From a bacterium (GTDB taxonomy: Bacteria > Patescibacteriota > Minisyncoccia > UBA6257 > GWB1-50-10), in contig JAKANQ010000002.1 in the NCBI GenBank assembly GCA_021812365.1, positions 16,953-80,952 on the forward strand: a stretch of 64,000 nucleotides of DNA, given 5' to 3'. Both the position numbers and the translations under genes were made by a program. Under the pieces are notes generated by a model, which saw only the letters and a list, made by a program, of their open reading frames with translations, was not told the origin of the DNA and did not search any database. Of this stretch, positions 19,658-28,982 are shown in pieces; position 1 is the stretch's first letter, and every line of letters begins with the position of its first letter.

Positions 19658-20062
19658 ATGAACTTTATGAAGCTAAAGGAAAATATGCGATATGTAGTGA
19701 AGCGTTCAGCTGCCGGACTCGGGCTTTTTGCGCGCACCGGCATCAAAAAAGGGGAATTCATCATCGAATATACCGGTGAACATATAAGCGAAGAAGAGGC
19801 TGACCGCCGCGGAGGGATGTACCTTTTTTCGCTTGGCAAGGGTGGGGTAATTGATGGCAGGGGGCGTGAAAATCTCGCGCGCTACGTGAACCACGCATGC
19901 AAGCCGAATTGCGAAGCGGAATATAACGAGGAAGATGGGCGGGTTCGTATCTACGCGATACGTTCTATCAAGGCTGGCGAAGAACTCACCTATGATTATG
20001 GTAAGGAATTCTTTGACGAATATATCAAACCAAAAGGGTGCCGCTGCGCTGTGTGCGCGTAG
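19658..20062 (+). CDS. SET-domain protein-lysine methyltransferase
   Basis: GLGLFA, IIEYTG, RYVNHACKPN, GEELTYDY, post-SET CRCAVC. Confidence 0.93.
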   Translation: MNFMKLKENMRYVVKRSAAGLGLFARTGIKKGEFIIEYTGEHISEEEADRRGGMYLFSLGKGGVIDGRGRENLARYVNHACKPNCEAEYNEEDGRVRIYAIRSIKAGEELTYDYGKEFFDEYIKPKGCRCAVCA

Positions 20063-20110
20063 ATCGGCATTGCGTGGTCACGGTTCTCCGAGTGCGGTAT
20101 GATATGGTAT

Positions 20111-20689
20111 ATGCTCCACACGTTGAGGGGAAGTATCGCGGCAAAATACAATGATTCGTTTGTTATTGAGCTGAATGGAATGGGACTTAAAGCCTTTGCC
20201 AACACGCAGACACTTTCCGCGCTTCCTCCCGTTGGAGGTGAGGCGATGGTGTATTGCCATCTTATCGTGCGGGAGGAGAAGTTTGAATTATTCGCATTCC
20301 ATAGCGAGGAGGAGTTGAAGTTCTTTGAGATATTGAATTCTGTCGCGGGCGTAGGGCCAAAGACCGCACTCGGCATTCTTAATATGGATAAGGTGCCCAA
20401 TATAATGTCGGCTATCTTGGAGAAAAGAGTTGATGTTCTGACGCGCGCGTCGGGCATCGGAAAGAAGACCGCGGAGCGCATCATTTTGGAATTACAGAGC
20501 AAGATAACACTTCCCCAAGGCGCTCATAGCGGGAAGGAGATGGATATCAATCGCGACGTTGAGGATGTACTCGTGGGGCTTGGATATGCGCGAAACGATG
20601 TGCGTAGCGTACTTCAAACGATAACCGGAAAGGAAACAATAGAAGAACGATTAAGGCACGCATTAAGAGAACTCGGATCAACAAAATAA
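20111..20689 (+). CDS. ruvA: Holliday junction DNA-binding subunit RuvA
   Basis: SVAGVGPKTAL, SGIGKKTAERIILEL, LVGLGY. Confidence 0.96.
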   Translation: MLHTLRGSIAAKYNDSFVIELNGMGLKAFANTQTLSALPPVGGEAMVYCHLIVREEKFELFAFHSEEELKFFEILNSVAGVGPKTALGILNMDKVPNIMSAILEKRVDVLTRASGIGKKTAERIILELQSKITLPQGAHSGKEMDINRDVEDVLVGLGYARNDVRSVLQTITGKETIEERLRHALRELGSTK

Positions 20690-20691
20690 CA

Positions 20692-21945
20692 ATGAAAAAA
20701 CTCTATTCACTCTATCATTGGCTTTGGGCGTTCGCGAGCGCGCTCGCATTCGGATTTCCAAGTAGGAAACTGTACGTAGTCGGAGTTACCGGAACAAAAG
20801 GTAAGTCTACCACTGTTGAAGTGATGAGTGCGATGTTCGAAGCCGCGGGAGAAAATACTGCTATACTTTCCTCTGTCACTCGGAAAGTGGGAAAACAGCA
20901 CGGAAGGAATATGACTGGTAACACCATGCCGGGGAGATTCGCGATACAAAAGTTTCTCGCTGATGCGGTGCGAGCGAAATGCGCGTACGCGTTTGTCGAG
21001 GTGACCTCGCAGGGGGTGGTACAGCACAGACACAGATTCATCGATTGGAATGCCGCGGTATTTTTGAATCTCGCGCCCGAACACATCGAGTCGCACGGTT
21101 CATTTGAAAAGTATCGCGACGCAAAAGTCTCATTTTTTAAATATGTGGCTCGTTCGCCCAAAAAAGGAAGGCTTTTTTTTATCAATAAGAACGATGAGTC
21201 TCAATCATATTTTGAGGAGGCGGTGAAGCACAATTATGGAAATTCCATCTATCTGTTCAGCGGAGAAGATTTTTTGCGTAATGTGCTCGCCGAACATTAT
21301 GATCTGCGAAGCGAGAGGGCGAGGAAAACGCTTGGGGAGTGGGTGCTCGCTGATTTTAATTTGGAGGATGAGGCGGCGGCATATGCACTCGCGAAAGTGC
21401 GCAAGGTCTCGTGGGAAGCGGTCGCGCGCGCACTCACGCATTTTAAAGGCGTTCCGGGGAGGCTTGAGGTGGTACAGGAAAAACCGTTTGTGGCGGTAAT
21501 TGATTATGCGCATACCCCAGATTCATTAAGGAAGCTCTATACCACGCTTCGAAAGGATTATCTCATGGACAGCGGAAGGCTCATTTGCGTATTGGGTTCC
21601 GCGGGAGGCGGACGCGATAAATGGAAGCGGCCAGAAATGGGAAAAATCGCGGCTGAATTCTGCTCGTTCATTGTGCTTACGAATGAGGACCCCTATAACG
21701 AAGAACCTGAGGATATTATGAATGAAATAAAAGCAGGTATATTAGAAACAAGTTTTTCACCCGCAAAGGTGTTCATGGTCGTTGATAGGCGCGAGGCGAT
21801 TCAAAAAGCGATTGCGTTGGCCGAGAAGGGGGATGTGGTTGTCGCGACCGGCAAAGGGAGTGAGATGTCCATCAATGGAAAGAGTGGAAGCAAGATTCCA
21901 TGGAATGAGCGAGAGGTGTTTGATGAAGAATTGCAAAGAAAATAA
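20692..21945 (+). CDS. murE: Mur ligase, MurE-like (UDP-MurNAc-tripeptide synthetase) lacking the N-terminal domain
   Basis: GVTGTKGKST, EVTSQG, PGRLE, DYAHTPD, GGRDKWKRPEMG, GKG. Confidence 0.8.
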   Translation: MKKLYSLYHWLWAFASALAFGFPSRKLYVVGVTGTKGKSTTVEVMSAMFEAAGENTAILSSVTRKVGKQHGRNMTGNTMPGRFAIQKFLADAVRAKCAYAFVEVTSQGVVQHRHRFIDWNAAVFLNLAPEHIESHGSFEKYRDAKVSFFKYVARSPKKGRLFFINKNDESQSYFEEAVKHNYGNSIYLFSGEDFLRNVLAEHYDLRSERARKTLGEWVLADFNLEDEAAAYALAKVRKVSWEAVARALTHFKGVPGRLEVVQEKPFVAVIDYAHTPDSLRKLYTTLRKDYLMDSGRLICVLGSAGGGRDKWKRPEMGKIAAEFCSFIVLTNEDPYNEEPEDIMNEIKAGILETSFSPAKVFMVVDRREAIQKAIALAEKGDVVVATGKGSEMSINGKSGSKIPWNEREVFDEELQRK

Positions 21946-22000
21946 AACAGCCCTAAGGCTGTTTTTTATTATTTATTGAAACGAAGTATAATAAGCATAT

Positions 22001-23356
22001 ATGAAACTGACATTTTACGGAGGCGCGGAAGAGGTGACTGGCTCAAATTATCTTTTGGAGTCTGATGGCACTAAGATTCTTATTGATTGCGGTCTTTTTC
22101 AAGGCTCAAGGTATGCCGAAGAAGGAAATCAAATTCCTTTTCAATATGATCCGAAGTCGATTGATGCGTTATTTGTGACGCATGGACACATTGACCACAT
22201 CGGAAGAATTCCTAAGCTTTTCAAAGATGGATTTCGCGGGAAGATATATTCCACCGAACCCACAAAAGATTTTGCAGAGCCACTTCTTTTGGATGCAATG
22301 CATATGATGAGCGATGAAGGGGTGCGCCACGGCACAAAAGACCTATATGACGAGGATGATATCGACGGAGCGCTCAAATTGTGGGATGCCTACTCATATC
22401 ATGAGCCGATAACTATCGGTCCTTTTGAGATAGAGTTCTATGATGCGGGGCACATTTTAGGGTCATCATCTATTTTGGTTTCTGCAGAGGGGAAGCGCGT
22501 GTTGTTCTCGGGTGATCTGGGAAACACCCCCTCTCTTTTCATAAAGCCGACGGAATATTTTGAAAACGTCGATTATGCGCTCATCGAGTCAGCATACGGC
22601 AATCGCATTCATGAGGGTGCGGAGGACCGGTCTGATATATTGGAGGACGTAATCGAAGAAACCACGAAAAACGGCGGTGTAGTCATGATTCCTTCATTTG
22701 CGCTTGAGCGTACGCAGGAGATGATCTACGAGATAAATGAACTTGCCGAAGGGGGGAAGATTCCAGAGGTTCCCGTGTTCGTTGATAGTCCGCTCGCGAT
22801 AAAACTGACCGCCATTTATCAGAAGTACTCGAGGAATCCAAAATACATCAATGACGAGTTTCTCGCACACGAACACTCTGGACAATCGACGTTCACTCTT
22901 CCTGGGGTGACAATGACGCTCACTACTGAACAATCAAAGGAGATCAATGATGTTCCTGCGCCGAAGATTATCATCGCCGGTTCCGGAATGTCGCAGGGTG
23001 GACGCATTCTCCATCACGAGATGAGATATCTGCCCGATCCTAAAAGCCTCATTCTTTTTGTTGGGTATCAGTCAAAAGGCTCGCTTGGCCGCGCGATTTT
23101 GGAGGGTGCTGCGCGCGTTAGGATAATGGGTGAGGATGTAGATGTGCGTTGTAAGAAAAGTGTCATTAGTGGATATTCAGCGCACGCAGACCAAAACCAG
23201 CTTATGAAGTGGCTCGCCCCAATGCGAGAACGCGTAAAAACCGTATTTGTGGTGCAGGGTGAAAAAGACAGCGCGGAAGCGCTTGCGCAGCGTGCGCGGG
23301 ACGAGCTTGCAATACGCGCGGTAGTTCCCGCGGCAAATACTTCCGTGGTGTTATAA
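22001..23356 (+). CDS. MBL-fold beta-CASP ribonuclease family protein
   Basis: THGHIDHIG, AGHILGS, FSGDLG, ESAYG, YSAHAD. Confidence 0.9.
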   Translation: MKLTFYGGAEEVTGSNYLLESDGTKILIDCGLFQGSRYAEEGNQIPFQYDPKSIDALFVTHGHIDHIGRIPKLFKDGFRGKIYSTEPTKDFAEPLLLDAMHMMSDEGVRHGTKDLYDEDDIDGALKLWDAYSYHEPITIGPFEIEFYDAGHILGSSSILVSAEGKRVLFSGDLGNTPSLFIKPTEYFENVDYALIESAYGNRIHEGAEDRSDILEDVIEETTKNGGVVMIPSFALERTQEMIYEINELAEGGKIPEVPVFVDSPLAIKLTAIYQKYSRNPKYINDEFLAHEHSGQSTFTLPGVTMTLTTEQSKEINDVPAPKIIIAGSGMSQGGRILHHEMRYLPDPKSLILFVGYQSKGSLGRAILEGAARVRIMGEDVDVRCKKSVISGYSAHADQNQLMKWLAPMRERVKTVFVVQGEKDSAEALAQRARDELAIRAVVPAANTSVVL

Positions 23357-23380
23357 TTGAAGAATACAAAAACATAATCT

Positions 23381-24016
23381 ATGGTCAAAAAAACAATCAC
23401 AACCGATAAAGATTTTTCATCGCACATTCATCAATTGAAATATAAGATATGTGTTTCCGGTGCGGCGGAGACGGGGCATTGTTCAAAGAATGCATTTGAG
23501 ATGGCGGAGGCGATAGGTCGCGAAGTGGCAAGGCGCGACCTAGTGTTGGTAACCGGCGCAACAACCGGAATTCCCTACTGGTCGGCGAAGGGTGCGAAGA
23601 TGGCTGGTGGTCTGGTCATTGGTCTCTCTCCCGCGGCTTCAAAGACGGCACACGTGAAATCATACAAGCTACCCACCGACTATCACGATATGATAATTTA
23701 CACGGGGTTTGATTATGCAGGAAGAAACCTTCTTCTTACCCGTTCATCCGATGCAATCATCACCATTTGTGGCCGCGTGGGAACGCTGAACGAGTTTACT
23801 ATTGGATTTGAGGACAATAAACCTATGGGTGTCTTGGAGGGGTCTGGTGGAACCGCGGATTATATCCGCGAACTTTTAGAAAAATCACATAGAGGTACGG
23901 GAAAGGTCTCGTTTTCAAACGACCCCGCAGAGCTTGTGGAAAAAGTTCTCGCAACCATCAAAGAAGATGAGGCGAAGAATGGAAGTGGAAAGGTTGGTTC
24001 GGCGCGAGGAGGATAA
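23381..24016 (+). CDS. LOG/SLOG family nucleotide-binding protein
   Basis: VTGATTG, GRNLLLTRSSDA, GRVGTLNE, GSGGTAD. Confidence 0.85.
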   Translation: MVKKTITTDKDFSSHIHQLKYKICVSGAAETGHCSKNAFEMAEAIGREVARRDLVLVTGATTGIPYWSAKGAKMAGGLVIGLSPAASKTAHVKSYKLPTDYHDMIIYTGFDYAGRNLLLTRSSDAIITICGRVGTLNEFTIGFEDNKPMGVLEGSGGTADYIRELLEKSHRGTGKVSFSNDPAELVEKVLATIKEDEAKNGSGKVGSARGG

Positions 24017-24032
24017 CTACGCACTTAATACA

Positions 24033-24434
24033 ATGAAGAAGAAAATAAAAACAAAACCGAAAAAGACAATAAATAGGAGTAAGTTGAAAACGACGCCGAA
24101 GAAAAAAACGAAACTAAAGATAAAAACACAATCAAGGGCAAGGAAGGTAATAAAAAAGGAAACAATAACCGCAAAACTATCAGTAAAGGCAGAAAAACCC
24201 ATTGGCAGAGTGACCCATTTCTTTAATCACATCAATGTTGTTATCGTGAAGTTCAGGGTGCCGGTGAGGATTGGAGCCGACGTTCGCCTGAAGGGCGCGA
24301 CCACCGATTTTCCAACGGTGATAAAATCGATGCAGTATGATCACAAACCCATCAATGTTGCCAAAAAAGGGCAGGAGGTTGGAATCAAGATAAAAAAGAA
24401 AGCGAGAGAAGGGGATTTGGTATATCTCGTATGA
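24033..24434 (+). CDS. Lys-rich N-terminus plus EF-Tu domain II-like/U32 C-terminal-like beta-barrel protein
   Basis: IGRVTHFFNHINV, KSMQYDH, GQEVGIK, REGDLVY. Confidence 0.7.
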   Translation: MKKKIKTKPKKTINRSKLKTTPKKKTKLKIKTQSRARKVIKKETITAKLSVKAEKPIGRVTHFFNHINVVIVKFRVPVRIGADVRLKGATTDFPTVIKSMQYDHKPINVAKKGQEVGIKIKKKAREGDLVYLV

Positions 24435-24498
24435 CGCACGACCACGAAAGACACCTCCAAGCGAGGTGTTTTTATTTATTTGGATTATAATGAACCAA

Positions 24499-25611
24499 AT
24501 GAATAAGGATTTTATATTTGCATCAAGTTTACTTGCAAACACCATCATTGGAGCTGGTATTTTTTCACTTCCTTTCGTATTTCACGCGGTGGGGATGGGA
24601 TACGGGATACTGTGTCTCCTTTCCTTTGCCACACTATATTCAGCGCTTCACCTTATGTATGCGCATATTCTTCAAACCGGAGAAAAAAATCATAGATTTG
24701 CCTATTTTGCCGAAAAATATTTAGGGCGTGGACTTGGGAGGGTTGTTGCGGGGTTTATACTCGTTGAGTTGTTGCTTGTTCTCACGGTGTATCTCATTTT
24801 AGCTCCTTCATTTTTCTCAATCCTGCTTGGGATTTCGGGTAGCGCGGCTATTTTGCTTTTTTGGACACTAGGCTCCATCTTTATTTTTTTAAATCTCGAA
24901 GAGTTGGGGTGGGTGGCAACAGTGAGCTTGTTTTCAATTTTTGCCATTGTCGCAATTGTTTTTCAATACAGCACTCTCCACGAGCTCACAACCCCTCTTT
25001 TCAAGCAAATGAATATAGTTACCATCATGCTTCCGTTCGGTCCATTACTATTCGCTCTTAATGGGCGGCCAGGAATCTCGAAGGTGGTGGATATTTGGAG
25101 AAAGGCGAAAAATCACGCAACGCCATTTTTATTGGGCAATGCAATCATCGCGGGAACCTTGATTTCTGCGCTTATTTACTTTCTTTTTGTGGTGAGCGTG
25201 CTTAAGTTAAGCCCAGTTCCCAGCGAGGATGCGATTTTCGGACTTTTTGGCGTTATGCCAATGTGGACAATCATCTGCCTTGGTATGCTCGGTCTCCTCG
25301 CAATTTGGACGTCTTATTTTATGATTGGTGCGAATATACGCGATATATTGCGCGGAGATCTTCATTTCTCGAGTATTACCAGCGCATTTTTTGTTCTTTT
25401 TGTGCCACCCGCGCTATATTTCTTAGGGGTAAGCCAATTTATAAAAGCGATAAGTTTTATTGGTGGCACGCTTCTATCCCTTGAGGGAATCTTCATTGTG
25501 ATGATGTGGCGACGCGCATTTCCAAAAAGCAGGCTGTATCACGTTTCACTTGTTTTGTATTTAGTATTTTTGTGTGCAATCATCTATCAAGTCGCACAAT
25601 TTTTCACATAA
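24499..25611 (+). CDS. Aromatic amino acid permease family transporter
   Basis: NTIIGAGIFSLPF motif; about 11 hydrophobic helices. Confidence 0.8.
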   Translation: MNKDFIFASSLLANTIIGAGIFSLPFVFHAVGMGYGILCLLSFATLYSALHLMYAHILQTGEKNHRFAYFAEKYLGRGLGRVVAGFILVELLLVLTVYLILAPSFFSILLGISGSAAILLFWTLGSIFIFLNLEELGWVATVSLFSIFAIVAIVFQYSTLHELTTPLFKQMNIVTIMLPFGPLLFALNGRPGISKVVDIWRKAKNHATPFLLGNAIIAGTLISALIYFLFVVSVLKLSPVPSEDAIFGLFGVMPMWTIICLGMLGLLAIWTSYFMIGANIRDILRGDLHFSSITSAFFVLFVPPALYFLGVSQFIKAISFIGGTLLSLEGIFIVMMWRRAFPKSRLYHVSLVLYLVFLCAIIYQVAQFFT

Positions 25612-26897
25612 TGAAAACGCTCTTACGTTGGTTCACTTTATTGTTCATATTCGCGCTTCCGATTGGCGCAAAAAAATTCGTTGTAGTGCTTCTCCCTCAA
25701 TTTTTTGAGAACGCGCGGGAATTCTCATCGCTTTTCATATATGGGACGGATATTATTGCTGTGCTGATTATCGTGTTTGCTGTTATTCATTTTCGCCGCA
25801 CATTGTTTGAGGAATTTGCGGGCTCGAAGATACTTCCTATATTCGTTGGATTGGCGGCGGTTTCCATAGTGGGCGCCGCGAATTATAGTTACGCGGCATA
25901 CGTGTTCGGGGGGCTCTTGATGGGGGTGCTTATCGCACTTGCCGTTGGAGCCATGTTGAGAACTGACACTATTCGTTTTCGGGATGTGGCAATAGCCATC
26001 GGATTTTCCGCTTTTTTTCAGGCGGTTGTCGCGCTTCTCCAGTTCTATTATCAAAAAAGCATCGGTCTTTGGTTTCTTGGTGAGTCAGTGATTACTGCGA
26101 CGACGCCGGGTGTGGCAAGGGTTCTTATAGGAGGAGAGCGGTACCTACGGAGTTATGGAACGTTGCCACACGCAAATATTTTGGCAGGATTCCTTGTCTT
26201 GGGAATTATTGCCATCGCGTATCTGTTTTTTACTTCAGCGCCTGAGAAAAAGTTTGCACGAATGGTTTCCGCGGCGGGTTTTTTCATCATATTGTTCGCG
26301 CTTATTCTCACGTTTTCCCGTTCGGGTTGGATTGTCGGAGGTGGGAGTGTCGCTGCCATTCTCGCGTATGGAATCATACGAAAAGAGCTGAGGGCCCGCG
26401 CATTCAGATTTTTAGGAGTTGCTCTCATCTCGCTCCTCATCCTTGCATACTCGTTGGGGTGGGCAATCGTGCCGCGCGCAGGATTTGTGAAAGGCGAGGC
26501 ATCGGTGGATCACCGTATTTTTTACAATGAAATAGGTCTCTCGCTTCTTGAAAGGCACCCCTTGGGGGTGGGTGAGGGAAATCAGGTGCTCCAAGCTGTG
26601 CGTGAAGGGTTGTATCTGTCGAAGGGACTTAATGAGGTATGGCTTTGGCAGCCTGTGCATAATATTTACATTCTTATCGCATCCGAGCTCGGCATACCCG
26701 GTCTTTTGCTATTTCTGCTGTTTCTCTTCGTCCTTTTTAAGGAAATGGAATTCAAGCGCACGCAGGCGGTATTTGCGAGTCTTTTAGTTATATCGCTCTT
26801 GGCGTTCGGCCTCGTCGATCATTTCCCGTGGGACTTGCATGCGGGGCGTTTGATGTTTTGGGTTGCATTGGGAATAATGATGGGTGAGCAGGTGTAG
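25611..26897 (+). CDS. O-antigen ligase-like (Wzy_C) membrane glycosyltransferase, possibly for pilin glycosylation
   Basis: RSYGTLPHANILAG, TFSRSGW, HPLGVG, PVHNIYILIASELG. Confidence 0.85.
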   Translation: MKTLLRWFTLLFIFALPIGAKKFVVVLLPQFFENAREFSSLFIYGTDIIAVLIIVFAVIHFRRTLFEEFAGSKILPIFVGLAAVSIVGAANYSYAAYVFGGLLMGVLIALAVGAMLRTDTIRFRDVAIAIGFSAFFQAVVALLQFYYQKSIGLWFLGESVITATTPGVARVLIGGERYLRSYGTLPHANILAGFLVLGIIAIAYLFFTSAPEKKFARMVSAAGFFIILFALILTFSRSGWIVGGGSVAAILAYGIIRKELRARAFRFLGVALISLLILAYSLGWAIVPRAGFVKGEASVDHRIFYNEIGLSLLERHPLGVGEGNQVLQAVREGLYLSKGLNEVWLWQPVHNIYILIASELGIPGLLLFLLFLFVLFKEMEFKRTQAVFASLLVISLLAFGLVDHFPWDLHAGRLMFWVALGIMMGEQV

Positions 26898-26908
26898 TGC
26901 GTTGCCAC

Positions 26909-26980
26909 GCCCTCGTAGTTGAATGGATACAATATCTCCCTCCGAAGGAGGAGGTGCAAGTTCGATTCTTGCCGAGGGCA
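26909..26980 (+). tRNA. tRNA-Arg(CCG)
   Basis: Acceptor GCCCTCG/CGAGGGC-A, anticodon loop CTCCGAA, T-loop GTTCGATTC; CCA not encoded. Confidence 0.93.
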
Positions 26981-26984
26981 CAGG

Positions 26985-27896
26985 ATGAAAATTTTGAAGA
27001 ACAAAAAAATCAGCACGTTCTCTACGTTTGGCATTGGCGGCCGCGCTGAATATTTTTGCGAAGCGCATACTAAAAAAGAATTGTTTTTAGCATTTGAGTT
27101 CGCGAAAGCAAAGAAGACAGCGTATAAGCTTTTCGCGGGGGGAAGCAATGTGGTGTTCCCTGATGGAGTGATGCGTGGACTTTTGATACGCATCAAGGGC
27201 GGAACGATACAAAGGCTTGCGTCGCGGCGCCTATATGTAGGTGCGGGCGTACCCCTTTCACGGCTTATCACGCATACAATTGCGAGCGGATTGGCGGGGC
27301 TTGAGGCGCTTTCGGGAATTCCCGGTACGGTTGGAGGCGCGCTTGTGGGAAACGCGGGCGCGTATGGCCACTCGATTGAGGAGGTGGTTCTGCGAGTGCG
27401 TGTGTGGAACGGGAAAAAAGAGATGTGGATTGGAAAAAACGAATGTAAATTTGCATATCGAGAAAGCATTTTCAAGTACGATGGATTGGTGGTACTTGGG
27501 GCAGAACTCCTCTTTAAAAAAGAAAGCATTAAAAAACTCCGCGAGACATCGAGACGGATTATCGCGGAACGGCTCGCAAAATATCCAAATGGACTGATGT
27601 GCCCCGGAAGTTATTTTAAGAACGTCCTTGTTGGTGATATTTCACCGCGTGCATTTGAGAAGATAGACATGCGTAAGATAACCGGGGGCAAGGTTGCCGC
27701 GGGGTATCTTCTTGAGGCTGCGGGCGCGAAGGGAATGAGGTATGGTGGTGTGGGGGTCGCGGAATATCATGGAAATCTTATTTTGAATTATGGAAAGGGT
27801 ACCGCAAAAGACGCTAAAGCTCTTGCCGCAACACTCAAACGACGAGTAAGGATGAAATTCGGAATTGAGCTTCAGGAAGAGGTAAAGTATCTTTGA
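26985..27896 (+). CDS. murB: UDP-N-acetylenolpyruvoylglucosamine reductase
   Basis: GGSNV, GIPGTVGGALVGNAGAYG, YRESIF, GSYFKN, HGN, LQEEV. Confidence 0.95.
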   Translation: MKILKNKKISTFSTFGIGGRAEYFCEAHTKKELFLAFEFAKAKKTAYKLFAGGSNVVFPDGVMRGLLIRIKGGTIQRLASRRLYVGAGVPLSRLITHTIASGLAGLEALSGIPGTVGGALVGNAGAYGHSIEEVVLRVRVWNGKKEMWIGKNECKFAYRESIFKYDGLVVLGAELLFKKESIKKLRETSRRIIAERLAKYPNGLMCPGSYFKNVLVGDISPRAFEKIDMRKITGGKVAAGYLLEAAGAKGMRYGGVGVAEYHGNLILNYGKGTAKDAKALAATLKRRVRMKFGIELQEEVKYL

Positions 27897-27899
27897 TAT

Positions 27900-28484
27900 A
27901 TGGAAAAGCGAGACGCATTACAAAAACTTGAACGAGAACTCATAAATGATATGTCACTCCCGCTTCGCGAGGCGAATCTCGTGTTTGGCGAGGGGAACAC
28001 CAACTGCAAGATACTTTTTATCGGAGAAGCGCCAGGACAGAAAGAAGATGAGTTGCGGCGGCCATTTGTCGGTCGTTCGGGGCAGCTTTTGAATAAGATG
28101 TTGGAAGAGATAGGTTTGAAGCGCGAGGATGTGTACATTACAAACATCGTGAAGCGCCGCCCTCCGGGAAACAGAGATCCGCTACCTCACGAAATTGAGG
28201 CATATAAGCCGTATCTTACGCGGCAGATTGAGATAATAAAACCGACGATCGTTGTGACACTCGGCAGATTTTCGATGAACTACTTTTTACCTGAGGCGAA
28301 GATATCAAGGGATCAGGGCAGGTTATTTCGCGCAAACGGTTTTTTTATCTATCCCATCTATCATCCCGCCGCCGCAATGAGAGGAAATTCAATGATGGCG
28401 GAGTTTAGAGAGAGTTTTGAAAAACTTCCAAAAGCGATTGCAAGGTGCGAAGGACTGCTTCATAAGCCAGCAACTAACGACTGA
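27900..28484 (+). CDS. Uracil-DNA glycosylase family 4
   Basis: IGEAPG, PFVGRSG, TNIVK, YHPAA. Confidence 0.93.
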   Translation: MEKRDALQKLERELINDMSLPLREANLVFGEGNTNCKILFIGEAPGQKEDELRRPFVGRSGQLLNKMLEEIGLKREDVYITNIVKRRPPGNRDPLPHEIEAYKPYLTRQIEIIKPTIVVTLGRFSMNYFLPEAKISRDQGRLFRANGFFIYPIYHPAAAMRGNSMMAEFRESFEKLPKAIARCEGLLHKPATND

Positions 28485-28511
28485 CAGCCGCTGACCAACC
28501 GCAGCGGATAG

Positions 28512-28548
28512 AATACAGTGCTGTGCTATAGCACAGCACTGTATTTTT
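28512..28548 (+). terminator. Perfect 34-bp palindrome, likely terminator
   Basis: AATACAGTGCTGTGCTATAGCACAGCACTGTATT followed by a T-run. Confidence 0.7.
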
Positions 28549-28628
28549 AATAATGCCAATCTTGTTTAATGTCTTGAGGCGCGGAGGAATCTACTCAGGG
28601 AGCCCGAAAACGGGTATAATGGGGATAT

Positions 28629-28970
28629 ATGGATTTTGCGTTTTCATATATCATCTCTCGTTTTTTCTATCGAATCGCCGAGTTTTTGCGCCATTGGTAT
28701 GTGGTGGGTACTTATACATACGCCAATTTTGTGATGGGGGTTTTAAGGCGAATGGACAGAACTCTTGCGTGGCGTATTACGTTTAAGTACCTCTTTAAAC
28801 CGCTCTATGGAGACTATTCCGCGCTTGGGTATGTGATGGGATTCATATTTCGCCTATTCCGACTTTTTGTGGGTAGTATCATCTATTTTGCGGTATTTGT
28901 TGTCGCGCTTCTCTCATATCTTCTATGGCTCTCGCTTCCGCTGTATCTTATCGCGAAATTATTTTTTTAA
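28629..28970 (+). CDS. Small membrane protein co-transcribed with the Clp ATPase
   Basis: HWY, LFKPLYGDY, hydrophobic C-terminal helices; 12 nt upstream of the Clp gene. Confidence 0.75.
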   Translation: MDFAFSYIISRFFYRIAEFLRHWYVVGTYTYANFVMGVLRRMDRTLAWRITFKYLFKPLYGDYSALGYVMGFIFRLFRLFVGSIIYFAVFVVALLSYLLWLSLPLYLIAKLFF

Positions 28971-28982
28971 TTTTTTATTCTT

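Noticed and set aside
26919-26984. Longer murB start
   Set aside because: Lies inside tRNA-Arg.
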